Origin: Catajapyx aquilonaris | Taxonomy: Eukaryota | Assembly: GCA_000934665.2 (NCBI GenBank) | Contig: JYFJ02003417.1 | Location: 1-42,454, forward strand | Direction: 5' to 3' | DNA: 42,454 nucleotides | Shown: positions 13,093 to 24,273 of the stretch, piece by piece | Numbering within the stretch: position 1 is the stretch's first letter | How the letters are laid out: each line of letters opens with the position of its first letter | Program-made: the position numbers and the translations under genes | Notes under the pieces: generated by a model | What the model saw: the letters and a program-made list of their open reading frames with translations, nothing else | What the model was told of the DNA's origin: nothing | The model's database searches: none

Positions 13093-13212
13093 TTAAAATG
13101 AGCCGGATCAACTGGCACCATGCAAAGCCTTACAGCAATAATAAACAAGCTCTCTCCCTGTCTGTCCTTTTTCTGTCCTCTGATCATTCCCTGGCCCATA
13201 TCATTTATCCAG

Positions 13213-13327
13213 ACTGTTACATCAGCAGTTGGTCAAGTCACTGTTCCGGAAAGCAGCAACGCTAATTATGCCACCCCCGTAACCGCAGTGAAACAGTTCG
13301 TTTTCCGGCGAATTAGGTCCTGGACAA
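13213..13327 (+). CDS. Candidate internal exon (TVTSAVGQVTVPESSNANYATPVTAVKQFVFRRIRSWT), phase 0 to 1
   Basis: Long pyrimidine-rich region ending TTTATCCAG, open frame, donor ACAA|GTACGC. Phase-compatible with exon 520-567 upstream and 27052-27180 downstream. Confidence 0.4.
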
Positions 13328-14218
13328 GTACGCGGCAGGATTAGCACCGGAGATCCGGAAATAAAAATGGACATTTCGTTGAAATGCTGTACAAATTTTG
13401 AAACGTCTTTTGAATATCGTAGAAATGCTGAAGAAACCCACGTAGGAGATTATCTGTCTCATAATTGAAATTGACTCAGTGTATGTAATCACTGCTTCAA
13501 AAACTTTATTAAATAATACTCCAAGTCCTTGTAAAAACCAGCCATGTCAGTTTGTCTAATTTTCTAGGTACGAGTGTAATAGTCAAGTATTCATAGTCCC
13601 ATTTAGCACTGAACTCCCCGACACTGAATATCCAACAAGTGTGCAAGCACAAGTGGCTTTCAACTCCACTAGAGGATTTCATTTCCCAAACATTGCTTAT
13701 TTAAACCCTGGGGAAAGGCCAGATTTTCATTTCCACACTGTGGAAAAATCCCTAGCCCAAAAGTATTTCCCTCCAACCAAAACCTTTTTACGCCTCGGAA
13801 AAAAAGCGCGTATAACCATCTCGAGATACATATAGACACGCTATGTATGAGCTCGATACGATCATTTCTCCTTGGTCCTATGCTCCTCCTTCTCTTTGGA
13901 GCCCAGTTGCCGGAAGCGACGACAAAAGATCGATAAGTAGTTTGCTTGACTCCGCACTTTCCTACAAGTTGAAGGCGCCATGTCCAAGGTTCCCCAACCA
14001 CCAAGCCTCCTTAATCCAGCCAGTGTTATTACCTACTCTCAGGTGTAAGTACTGTGCGTGCTATGCCCTGCAGCGTGGCATGATACTCCAAGTTTGTTTG
14101 CTAAAGAGATTCCTTTCAGATAATTAACAGCAGAGAAGCTGTATATGTTTGCAGAGTCGCGCTAGGGTGTATATGTATATAGTGAGTGCGATATTCCGGA
14201 ATCCACCACACTTATATG

Positions 14219-14355
14219 ATCTCTATCCACGATCAGCCATCTCGATCCACGATCAGCCATCTCGATCCACGGTCCGCCATCTCGATCCACGGTCCGCCAT
14301 CTCGATCCACGATCCGCCATCTCGATCCACAGTCCGCCATCTCGATCCACGATCC
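14219..14355. repeat. 20-bp minisatellite, about 7 copies
   Basis: Head-to-tail units of consensus CTCGATCCACGRTCMGCCAT with no spacers. Confidence 0.95.
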
Positions 14356-15293
14356 AAATCCACGATCGCGAGTCATGTTGTATCTAAATATTAACACCAA
14401 CAGCCTAGAGTGAAGAACACCCATTTCCAACACTAGACAAATGCACAGTTGGTGATCACTGCTACTTTCAAATGATCACTATTAGTCAGCAAATAGCCAA
14501 TTTGAAATGGCGTGGGACTATTAGGCTTGGAGTCCCATTCCCTTCGACATGGTTGAATCAGAGTCGGTTCTCTCAGAGTGTGGTTTTGCAGGAGAGTTGA
14601 TGTGGTGGGCGGGGACAACTTCGACGTTACGAGTAGGAAACTGTCCCCGTTCTATAAACCAGTTAGTGGTCACGCGAGTTACCAGTGTTAGTACACAGTT
14701 AGAAACTGCAATTAAATAATTATGTGCCCACGGACTCGAGATTCAGTCGGACAAGCTAATAAAATGTAAAATGGCACTTTGCATTGTAGACTTGCCAGAG
14801 TTTAGTTTCGCGGTGTCGACTGATATGACGTAAATGTACCGTAATGGTAATGCTAATAGGTTGCGCTTTATTACATGACCGTCAGTGAAGTTATGATGAT
14901 CTGAATAGTGAATGTAACCCACTCCCTGCGGGAAGATAAGCAAAAACACGCTAATAATTTCCTGAAATTGGGTAATTATATTATTTCTCGCGGTGTACAT
15001 TAGCAAAGAATCAGGCAATTAAGCGTGAATCAAGTTGATGGATGGCTCCCGTCAGTGTACGCATGATAGGAGGACGTTTTGTCCTGTCCCAACTGCATGG
15101 GCATGTTGCGCAGGTCACATTATACTGTACAAATTTTCATTAATAAGATATTGTACTACACACACATTTTATTATGACAATGATCTACATTTTACCTTTG
15201 AAATTTCATTTGACATTCTTTTTCCGTTTTTGTAATTTGTACAATTCTATGGAGACACCAGGGTGAATGGCGGCTCACTTTAATCAGTTGCAG

Positions 15294-15341
15294 CTCTTGC
15301 TGAACGGCAGTGTTTCAGTCAAATGAAGGTTGAAACAGCAG
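15294..15341 (+). CDS. Candidate 48-nt symmetric (phase 1-1) cassette exon, LAERQCFSQMKVETA
   Basis: TTGCAG acceptor, CAG|GTAGGA donor, frame-preserving in the + strand model. The pyrimidine tract is weak. Confidence 0.2.
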
Positions 15342-16203
15342 GTAGGAAGCTATTGTCCCTGTCATCACCGAAACAGGATTCTATCACTCTAGCTGCAATC
15401 GCACACACCCTATACTACCCCGCAAATTCCCAAGCCTATACCTCAACGAATCCCAAAACACTCAGCTTAAGTGGATTCCACTGCTACTATTATTACTCCT
15501 GATGCTATCACTAACCCTTTGAAATGGCCAACTGCAGTTTTGTTGCTCCAGGCCCAACCGCATATAATAATGTAAAACGCCATCACTGTCATTTCACTCG
15601 AAATGTACGGATACTCATAGCTTCAAGGGACATTTTCATCTGTTTGTACCATTTTGTGTGGCAACTCAGCCAAGAGATGGCACCTCTAGTGGTCACATTA
15701 TGACAAACCTCCTTCATTGCGTCAAGGTTCCCACACGGTAGCGTCCTCTTTAGCACACCGGACATATGACTATCGTGCTAATTGGTAATGGCGGTTGTTT
15801 GCTACTGGAGGATCCCCAGTCAACGCTTGTTTATTAGCCTGGGGACGTTGGAAAGTATATACCTTCATTCCGGTCTCGTTTGGCCCATTTTGTGGGGAGG
15901 CTGCGAAGGAGCCGCATGTTATTAGAGTGGGTTTCCCCCCACTGTAAAGGGCAAGTGTCTGCGCAGGGATTCGGGAAATATATCCGCAATGCCGTTACGC
16001 AGCGGGCAGGTAGATCCGCCTTGTCACCTGCGTGGGAGGTGTGTTTTGTACTGGAAAATCAGGTCAGACCTGGTTTTTAAATGGGTGGCCTAAAAATTTA
16101 CACGCTGGCGAAAGTTTGTCGCATACCATGTATTGTCAGCCCAGGTCAAAGGTCAAGCCCATTATTGGCAATGTCAGGACAATTTGACCACCCTACATAT
16201 GAA

Positions 16204-16217
16204 CCACCAGATGGCAG
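16204..16217 (+). promoter_or_regulatory. CTCF-like core motif
   Basis: CCACCAGATGGCAG matches the CTCF core CCAC(C/T)AG(A/G)(T/G)GGC(A/G). Similar sites at 710-722 (+), 27944-27957 (+) and 28116-28129 (-). Confidence 0.45.
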
Positions 16218-16844
16218 TTGGATTTGGCGCCAGGTTTTTAAATTAAATTATAAAAGTGCGGTCCCAGGCTAATTTTCTCTGTCTTTTCGTATTGTCTGTG
16301 TACAGCAATCCAGGTCCGAATTAATTGTTCGTGTTTAATCCGATAAATATTGATTTAAGGGTAATGAAGGTTACAGGTTAGTCCATTAAGAATGGCCTCA
16401 GACTCAAATCGAATTTGAACCCGTGCGATTAGATTTATCGTCGTTCAGATTTACTCTAATGACATAGATGCGAGGGACTAATTGGAATCTAAACTGAATA
16501 TGTTGATCCTGCGGTATCGTTTAATCCTTAACCCTAAATTGACTTACGTTTCTCATTGCACCTACTGGTTGAAGCAAAAGCACGTAAAATGGCAAATGTA
16601 TTTTTTTTAAACAAAGCCAGGTGATATATTGCGATTAGCACACATCAAACGTGATTGTTACCTACCATTTAACACTGTGCGAAACTTAATCGAACTTAAA
16701 TAATTTATCGAAATATGTGAGATTATTTTTAAATGTGCAATAATTCAGAAATGACGTATTTCCATACATGTGTAGAGGCCTTCGTCTCAGCAATGCATGT
16801 TTTATGCAGGTAAGTGAATAAATATATTCACTCAGCTCACTTAC

Positions 16845-16969
16845 CTGAATAAATTCACACACTTTAGTGAATATACTGTTATGCATTTTAAAGCCTTCAG
16901 TGCAGCCTTTTGCTTGGTGCATAATTATGTCTCTAGCTGCCAATTCTAATTGGCCAATTATGGCGTCTT
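16845..16969 (-). CDS. Candidate internal exon on the minus strand (DAIIGQLELAARDIIMHQ...KVCEFIQ), phase 1 to 0
   Basis: Consensus donor CAG|GTAAGT and an open frame, but only a modest acceptor (CATCTCGACAG). The donor is one arm of an inverted repeat, which weakens the call. Confidence 0.2.
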
Positions 16970-19900
16970 CTGTCGAGATGTATCCGAGCGTTTGTGTCGT
17001 CTACAGCAGCCTGGGCACCTCCTCACTTTCTTTATTACGTAAGCAAGAAAAGCGGAATTTCTCCCCGAGGTGCATTTTATTATCCGGTTAAAATCAAGCC
17101 CCCGCGTGCTATGAATTCCAGCACCGGTGAGAAGGAAGTGAAATCTTCAATTACAAGTTAATTCCAGGGAGCTAATTATCGATTAATCATTGTTGGTCGA
17201 TCCCCGGAGCTCGTTTCCCATCCGGAACCGCGTTTCATTAGGATGAGGGTGGGGATAAGACGGACCTCGTCAAATGCGGATCCGGGGCAGAATCGGCGGA
17301 AAAGACGTTTGGTTCCAGGGCACTATGAACGGCGGCTTTCACTATCTATCTCTTTCAAGTTTTAGCTAGTTACCCAGTTCCAGAGAAATAAGCTCCGGTC
17401 TGAAGAAATGTGAAGAGCGTCAAAGATTTGGGGGGCACCAATTTTATTGAAGGTCTGAAATTCACCTATGACATAGTCACGTGAGTTGTACTGTACATTG
17501 TACAATATTATCCTTAAGGATTTTTTAAAATTCATAAAAATTTCACATTTAAGCCCTCATTATTGAAATTATTTTAGTGCAATGTGGAGCTAATTGCCCC
17601 AGGTACTGTATGAAATGCCTGGTTGTATGAGGCAAGTACTTCAACAGTTGCCAAGTTAAAGTACGTGGTATCGATTCAACTTGACCATGCCGCTCGAGGA
17701 ATACTTGTGTACACCGATACGAGCACAGCCACTTTAAACACGACTCCATCAGGCTGCTATTTACATGGGCACCCCTAAATTGCATCGGAAATGTGGGTAT
17801 ACAAGCAATCACGAAAAGAGGGTGGTTCAGCAATGTAGAAGTAATTATTCATGAAAATTTCGCACTAATATAATAATTCGTGAATTATTATGAGCCACGT
17901 GCAACCGTATCGATACATATCCTGGATCTAAAGTCATACATTCAAAAATACGCCCCATCACACCCTGTGTTGTATCACCGTCATGTCCACTGTCCATCTC
18001 CATTACCGGATTATGCCTCCTAGCTTTTGATGACCACGTCCCGTAAGGGCACGTGCGGACTAAAGAGCACCACTCTCCGGTATACACACAGGGTATACAC
18101 TATTTTTTTTTTTGCAGCTTCGAACCAGAACTCGACCGCGGTCCCAACAGACACATTAAAGTTTTCTACGGCTCTCCGATTACGAGCCCCAGGATACGTG
18201 TAAATACCAGTCCGTTTGAGGAAGTGACCATTGTCCGTTGATTTAAATTTATTGCGATTTATACCACGGTGTGGTACCGCATTGATTCGCGGATCTAGTG
18301 TTTTTAATTAGCTAATTAGTCTAAACCCCCGCATCCAAACAAAAGCCACCTGTTACACAATAGATTTTTATACATCATTTGACGCTAGGTCAGTTTTTTT
18401 TGCAATTTTTCCCCCCAAAAATGCGGTTGGTGTATGGAAATATCAGGGTTGGACCCTCCCCTGCTCACAGCACCAACCTAATTATCTAGCACTGATTGGG
18501 TTTGGCGGCCCAGAATCATTCGAGCCTCTCCTGGCTGGATCCGGGTACTATCTAGCTCCCAGCAACCAAGCCTTGCCTGGCTGCCTCTATCCCAGCAACC
18601 CTGGCCTCTATCGACAACTACACCGTGAGTCACATGGCTTCCTATCTAATGTGCCACACAAGTATTCAAGCTAAATTAATGGAGGGTGTAAAAAATTGCG
18701 CGGGACAGGCAGCCAGATAGCGCCACTTCAAGATGCGTTATTGGTTGGAGCAAAGGTTTTGGCAACGATCCAAAAAAAAAAAAGGATCCGAGATGTGGCT
18801 TCCCCTGATTGGATGAGCCCACACGGAATCGGAACCTGTGTCAATAAAGCTAGGTCAGGTTTTGCCCCAAAATGGAGCTTTCAAAGGTAATTGATGGTCA
18901 ATTTTGTGGTATTTTGGTACACACCTGAGATTATTAGTTAAAAAAAAAACATATTTTTAAAAAAATTGTTTGAATTATTTGTTGCAGATAATGAAGCTAT
19001 GTATTACTTGCAAAGGAATACAGTGTTATGTTACGTAGAGGTCATTTACTTGATATTAAAATGCCAAGCATGGCTGGAGGCTAGTGTGGTCGAGTTAGGA
19101 TTGTGGACAATTTTAATATTTTATGTACTTTTGCAAGTTTTTTTTGACATGGATACGGCAGGTATGGTGCAACTTCTGCGTTTATCTTTGAATGTTTCAT
19201 ACGGGTTGGTAAATTTTTAACCTTCCTTGGCTTTTCGTGAATAAGTTTTCTAGCGAGCCAGTCAGTTTCCCACTGTTTGACTTATTTATTTCCTACTTCT
19301 TACAGCTGACAGAAAGGGGCTAGAAACCGAACTTGTTCACGCTTATAGATATTGTTTTATGGTGTAAAACCCCTGCGGTTTCTCTTGACAATTCAGCTGC
19401 AGTTCTGCATATTTATGATCCGCTGAGCCATTTTTCGCTTATATTTGACTGAAAGTTTTGTCCCGTACATATTCATAATGAGTTTTAAATTGCTCGCCAA
19501 ACTAATGGGGGCATCTACATAATAAGAATGTTGTTCCATCTGAATTATTCTCAGTAGTTTGCAAATATTTGGCTCACATTAGCTAGAAAGGATACACCTT
19601 CGCAATTTTGAGTTCATACTTTGGGAATGAACCACATAGACATTTGCACCAGGGGTCAAGGGATCTCATTTACATCACACAGTAATTTTCTCTCTACGAT
19701 ATTATATAGCCACTTATTGTTTTGGATAAACTTCCCCTTTCAACTTCCTCCTAACTGCAATTCGGAATTTTCCCATCGGTTTAATTAAACATGAAACCGC
19801 TGACTAAAAACTAATTTAAATGTTTGAAAATTTCGCCAGTTGGGAGAAGCCTTACAAAGAGTTCAGGTACTGCTTCAACATTCAAATGAAAACGACGCAA

Positions 19901-20684
19901 ATAAGTACCGTATGACCAATCTGAAGTGGAATCTGAGAACATTTCGCAACATGGCATATGAAGCCTTGGTTTCACTTTATGGGACGTAGGCACATGAATA
20001 TCTGACTCATCTATTGCGATATTTCCGATTGATATTGACAACAAATATTTCCCCATCTAAAAACGAATGTGGCCTAGTGCCAAAAATTTCCATCGCACCA
20101 CCACATGGTCGCATATTGACCACATTTCGCCCCTCTGAACCACCCCTGTAAAACCCAAAGGCTGGAATTGACATAAGATGACCATAGACGGCCAGAGGCT
20201 ATCGGGATGGATTTGGACCGAAAAGGTGGAAAAAGGAAAAGGAAAAGTAAACTGGCATGTCGGTCTCCAAAAAAAGAAGGGGGTTTCTATGTGAGCAGAG
20301 GCATGGGTGGGGGGTGTATCCTCCCTACTCTCTCCCTGAAGCTCCTGCTCTCTCAACGGATCCGCATTCTATTGATCTCTTTTCTGCCACTGGCGCCCTG
20401 TGATGTCAGTCCAACCTCCATGGAGAGGAATAGAACATGCTACACTTCTTTTCTATAACTTTTTTTTTAACCATCCCCATCCATTGCAATCTTGTATACA
20501 TTTCGTCAGTTGTCAGCCAGCGCCATGTTTGATGCCTTGCAATTTGAGCAGGTTTTGAAAGATTTATTGGAGTACAGGATGGGACATAAAGGGGCTGATG
20601 CGTAAGTTCAAAGTGTTGGACAGCAATCTTTTTTTAAGTCGCTGACGTTAGTAGAGTTGGCGTGAAGTTTTTCAGAAAGTGGTA

Positions 20685-21165
20685 CTATGGGGCTCAAATT
20701 CTTTTGGCCACTTTATCCTGATCTTGAAGCAACCCTTCACACCGGTCCCATGCTGTTCTTGTCTCCAATCAGCTGTGAGACCGAAAGTATGTGTTTTTAC
20801 TGTAACTGTGGGGACTACTGTCCCCACCAATTCTCTTGTGGGGACATTTGGATCCCCACATCTTCACACACCAGAACGCTCCCATTATAGTGGGGACATG
20901 TCCCCACAATTTTGATTTGCAGGGTTTCACAAAGTCCATTTCTCTCAGCCTAGGTTAGTTAGGGTAGGGTATAGGGTAGGGTAGGTTAGGTTAGGTTAGG
21001 TTAGGCTAGGCTAGGTTACACTAGTTTACACTAGATTCGAAAAGTTGAGCTTTCAACGTCCCCATAGCTTATTGAGCGCAAGTCTGGGTGTGTGTGTGTG
21101 AAGGGCTTGGTGAAGGGTTGCTTCAAGACCAGGATAAAGTGGCCAAAACAATTTGAGCCCCGTGG
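20685..21165. mobile_element. MITE with ~56-bp TIRs and TA flanks (Tc1/mariner/pogo-like)
   Basis: Left CTATGGGGCTCAAATTCTTTTGGCCACTTTATCCTGATCTTGAAGCAACCCTTCAC versus right reverse complement CCACGGGGCTCAAATTGTTTTGGCCACTTTATCCTGGTCTTGAAGCAACCCTTCAC (4 mismatches). TA at 20683-20684 and 21166-21167. Confidence 0.8.
20865..21100. mobile_element. Nested CACAC...GTGTG element with GGGGAC/GTCCCC motifs and an internal TTAGG/TAGGG tract (EnSpm/CACTA-like, non-autonomous)
   Basis: Imperfect inverted ends CACAC..CCAGA..CGCTC..TGGGGAC. TTAGG-type repeats at 20951-21018. The superfamily assignment is by resemblance only. Confidence 0.5.
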
Positions 21166-21228
21166 TACGTACAGTACATTATGTACTTTACCTTCAAAAA
21201 ACTATAGTTTAACGAACAAAAATAGAGC

Positions 21229-21232
<4 letters not shown>

Positions 21233-21289
<57 letters not shown>

Positions 21290-21672
21290 TAACTGGGATA
21301 GTGCTTTCACCCCCAACTGGGGGTATATCACACGGACCTTTATTTTTGTTATTATTATTGTACAGTAGCTGGTGCAGGGACAGGGTAGGGATAGGAGGGG
21401 GGGGGGGGGGGGACACTGGTGNTGTGCAGTCCCTCAGGGGTCCCCCTAGATGCGGGTCAGAAACCCCCGACTGACCCGCATCTCCTCCAGGACAGGGAAA
21501 GGAAGGAAGCGGCTGTGGCCTATATTACGGTACGATCCCGGAAATTATTCCTGGAGCGACCTTGGGAAACCACAGAAAACCAAGGTCAGGATCGCCGGCC
21601 TCCGGGATTCGAACCCAGGACCTCCCGATTAGCAGTCGGACACCATATCCACTACACCACTACTGCTTCGGT
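21233..21672 (-). mobile_element. tRNA-derived SINE, full length, copy 1
   Basis: On the minus strand: A box TGGTGTAGTGG, B box GGTTCGAATCC, body GGTTTTCTGTGGTTTCCC...GGCCACAGCCGCTTCCTTCC (resembles Lm1/Talua-type SINE bodies, from memory) and a long (TTA)n tail. 14-bp TSD AAAATAGAGCTATA at 21219-21232 and 21673-21686. Confidence 0.93.
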
Positions 21673-23654
21673 AAAATAGAGCTATATATTTTTATTAGAT
21701 CATCATAGAGTACAATAAATATTTGACTCTTTATACAATCCCCATATTATTGGCCCAAAGAAATCGGATTTCCTTTCCACATTTCCCAGCAGCAACTCCG
21801 TATTTTCCACCCTTAAAATGATCAATTTTGGAATTTTGCACCCCCACATTTCACACATTATGTAAATCAGATTGAAAAGTTTCCCCACTTGTCAACTCAA
21901 TTCTGAGCTCCCCTTCAGAAGAAAAAAAAATGTCCGCCAATTTTGTCGCCCACTAAGCCCCCGAAATGTAACACTTCCGAGCCAGTTCAGAATAGCGCCC
22001 GCTTTTCGTTTGAACCTACAAAAGAATGCAATTTGGACGTCGCAAAAAAAAATATGTACCGACGACAAAATTACTTCCTGGTGGCCCCACTTTATTTTGG
22101 CTCTCACAAAAATATTCGCAACCTCAAAAACTGCATGCCAATGACCGTCCCTTGATCTTTTTTTTCCTTTTCTTATGTCTGGAGCCGTATATTCTGAGCA
22201 AAAACTTTAGACCATCATGCAGATTGAAAGAGAGTTTTTTTTCTTCTTCTTCAAACTTCCATTTCGCGCACAAAGTCCGAGGCAGTATATTTTTAGCGAG
22301 AAACGTTGCATCTCGAGGATTCCAAATCTTCTTGCAATTTTAAAAACATCCGGAGGAAAAGTGAAGAAGAAGAAGAAGGTTCCATAATCTTTGCCTTACG
22401 CCACTCTAGAGAGGCCTGCTCGTCATTTATTATGCTCCCAAGTTTAGTTTCAGGAGAAGCACTGGTGAAAGATGTGAAAACATGCAGTCATTGACAGGTC
22501 TAGTCAGGGGCTCATTAAACATCGCTTTTGGCGCATGAGTAATGCGTCGTCACCGAGGATCCTGCCGTGTAATACTGGGAGGTTCATAAAAAAAACTAGG
22601 GCAGCTAACTACTTTTTGGGCCTGAAATATGGGGGGCAGGAAATCATTATTCAGAACCTAGATTGCAAGGGCTGAAGACTAGTTTAGTGATTTACATTTG
22701 GGAGGAAATGCAGCCCAGGCACTGAAAGTAGTGCATGTTATCAGCCCCTCAGAAAAAGATATGAACAAATGTACAGAACAACGAATAAGTCGTGAGAATA
22801 CAGCAATAAGAATGTAAAATGGCTGCTTCCCGAACATCTAGTGAGGATCGGCACAATATATAAGGTCCCACAACGACGAATATGTCACGGGGGCGAAAAG
22901 TCCGAGGCCCGTTTCATAATGATTCCCACTTCTGAGGTGATTTTATGGGCATTCCAGCCTCCATGAGATGAGATGCTAGCACACAAGTGATATAGGAAGA
23001 GATCGCATCCCTAGACTGGTAGCAATACAAACACCAAGTGACGTTTCCAGTACGGGAAGCGCCAAGTGGTGATGAGATATCTTGGCGGTTTGCCTTATCG
23101 CTGAATATTTAAGCCACGGAGCCATTTCCTGGCTTTCCCAACCGAGTTAGCGGCAGAATTCTGTTCAACATTAATGCCTCCTTGCCTTCATACTTGGCTT
23201 CCTATCCGATCTTTTATACGCCAAAATGACTCTAAATTAATACTGCACTTGGGACCAAAATAGCCGAATCAGCAGTGAAATGAGGCCTGGTGTGTTTCGA
23301 TGTTTCCGCTAAGTTTTTTGCCACTATGTAGTTTGCAAAAAAATATATATATGTTTTTTTTCAAAATATTATTGATAGTTTCATTTGCACATGCTTCTCT
23401 CTGTTTAACATAATATTCTGGTGGAGTAGCAGCTCAGCCAGTCATAAGTACATGAACAATTTCAACTCAGCTTAAAATAGAGCAAAGTCGAGCGATTCAC
23501 TAAACCGATGAGCTACATCTGTGGGTTTGTCGAAATGGCCATGACTTGTCCGTTACCAGCTAATCCGATTTACAGCCTCTTGTTGGAGAAATATGGATTT
23601 ACAGTATCCGAGTGAGAATATTGATGCTGCGCTCTGAGAAGGAGTAAGAGGCGT

Positions 23655-24010
23655 GTATATAGGGTAGGTGGGGGTTGGGATGGGGGGGGGGGNGGGGGGG
23701 GGGGTAGGTGGATTATCGATGTGTGGTGGAGGGAAGTGAGAGGAAATGTGGCAGTAAATGCGTATTTTGAGAGACAAGTGCTTGTTGATTTTCGTTCGAT
23801 TCAGAAATCAAAGCTACACTTCAAAAACCATCAGTTTGCTTCCAGAACAATAAAATCCTCGCCCCGAGGAATTCGATTGTCCGAAAAAGTCCAGGGGACT
23901 GAATTGGATTGGGATTGAGGGATGGAAGTGGGGAGAGGGAGGGAGGGAGGGGATGGGAGGAGGATAGGGTGCCTGGGTGCTGATTGGGGCAGTGTGGATG
24001 GGGTTGAGGG
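23655..24010 (+). other. G-rich/polypurine tracts with G-quadruplex potential
   Basis: Multiple G3+ runs at 23662-23704 and 23911-24010. An N at 23693 lies inside the poly-G, so that run's length is unreliable. Confidence 0.6.
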
Positions 24011-24273
24011 AACCCATTTCCCAACGAGGCATGTCGTTTGACATTTATGTGCAATGTGGCCCATCGACATGATGTGCGCTTTGAAAGGAGAGTACTTTTG
24101 ACAGCAATAAACAGCCAGGGAAAAACCTCCCTTAGTGGCTAACACGCGGATAATAATATCCGCAGTTGTTTGAGATACAACAACTGCAGGCTGTAGCAGC
24201 CTTCGTACGATCTAGGGTAGGTTAATTCCCTTCGTGATTGGTAAAAAGGTCTGTTATGCCATGGTAACATCTT

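Noticed and set aside
14219..14355. CRISPR-like regular repeat
   Set aside because: Units are contiguous with no unique spacers, there are no cas genes, and the context is eukaryotic.
16937..18241. Alternative + strand exons (16937 or 16960 to 17038 with donor GTAAGC; strong acceptor at 18117)
   Set aside because: Several mutually exclusive frames and start points fit equally well and none gives a recognisable peptide. They may be non-coding or minor exons.
20951..21018. Telomere or interstitial telomere fusion site
   Set aside because: Only a few perfect TTAGG units, embedded in a TIR element.
21092..21416. Poly-Ile and poly-Leu ORFs
   Set aside because: These are translations of the SINE (TTA)n tail.
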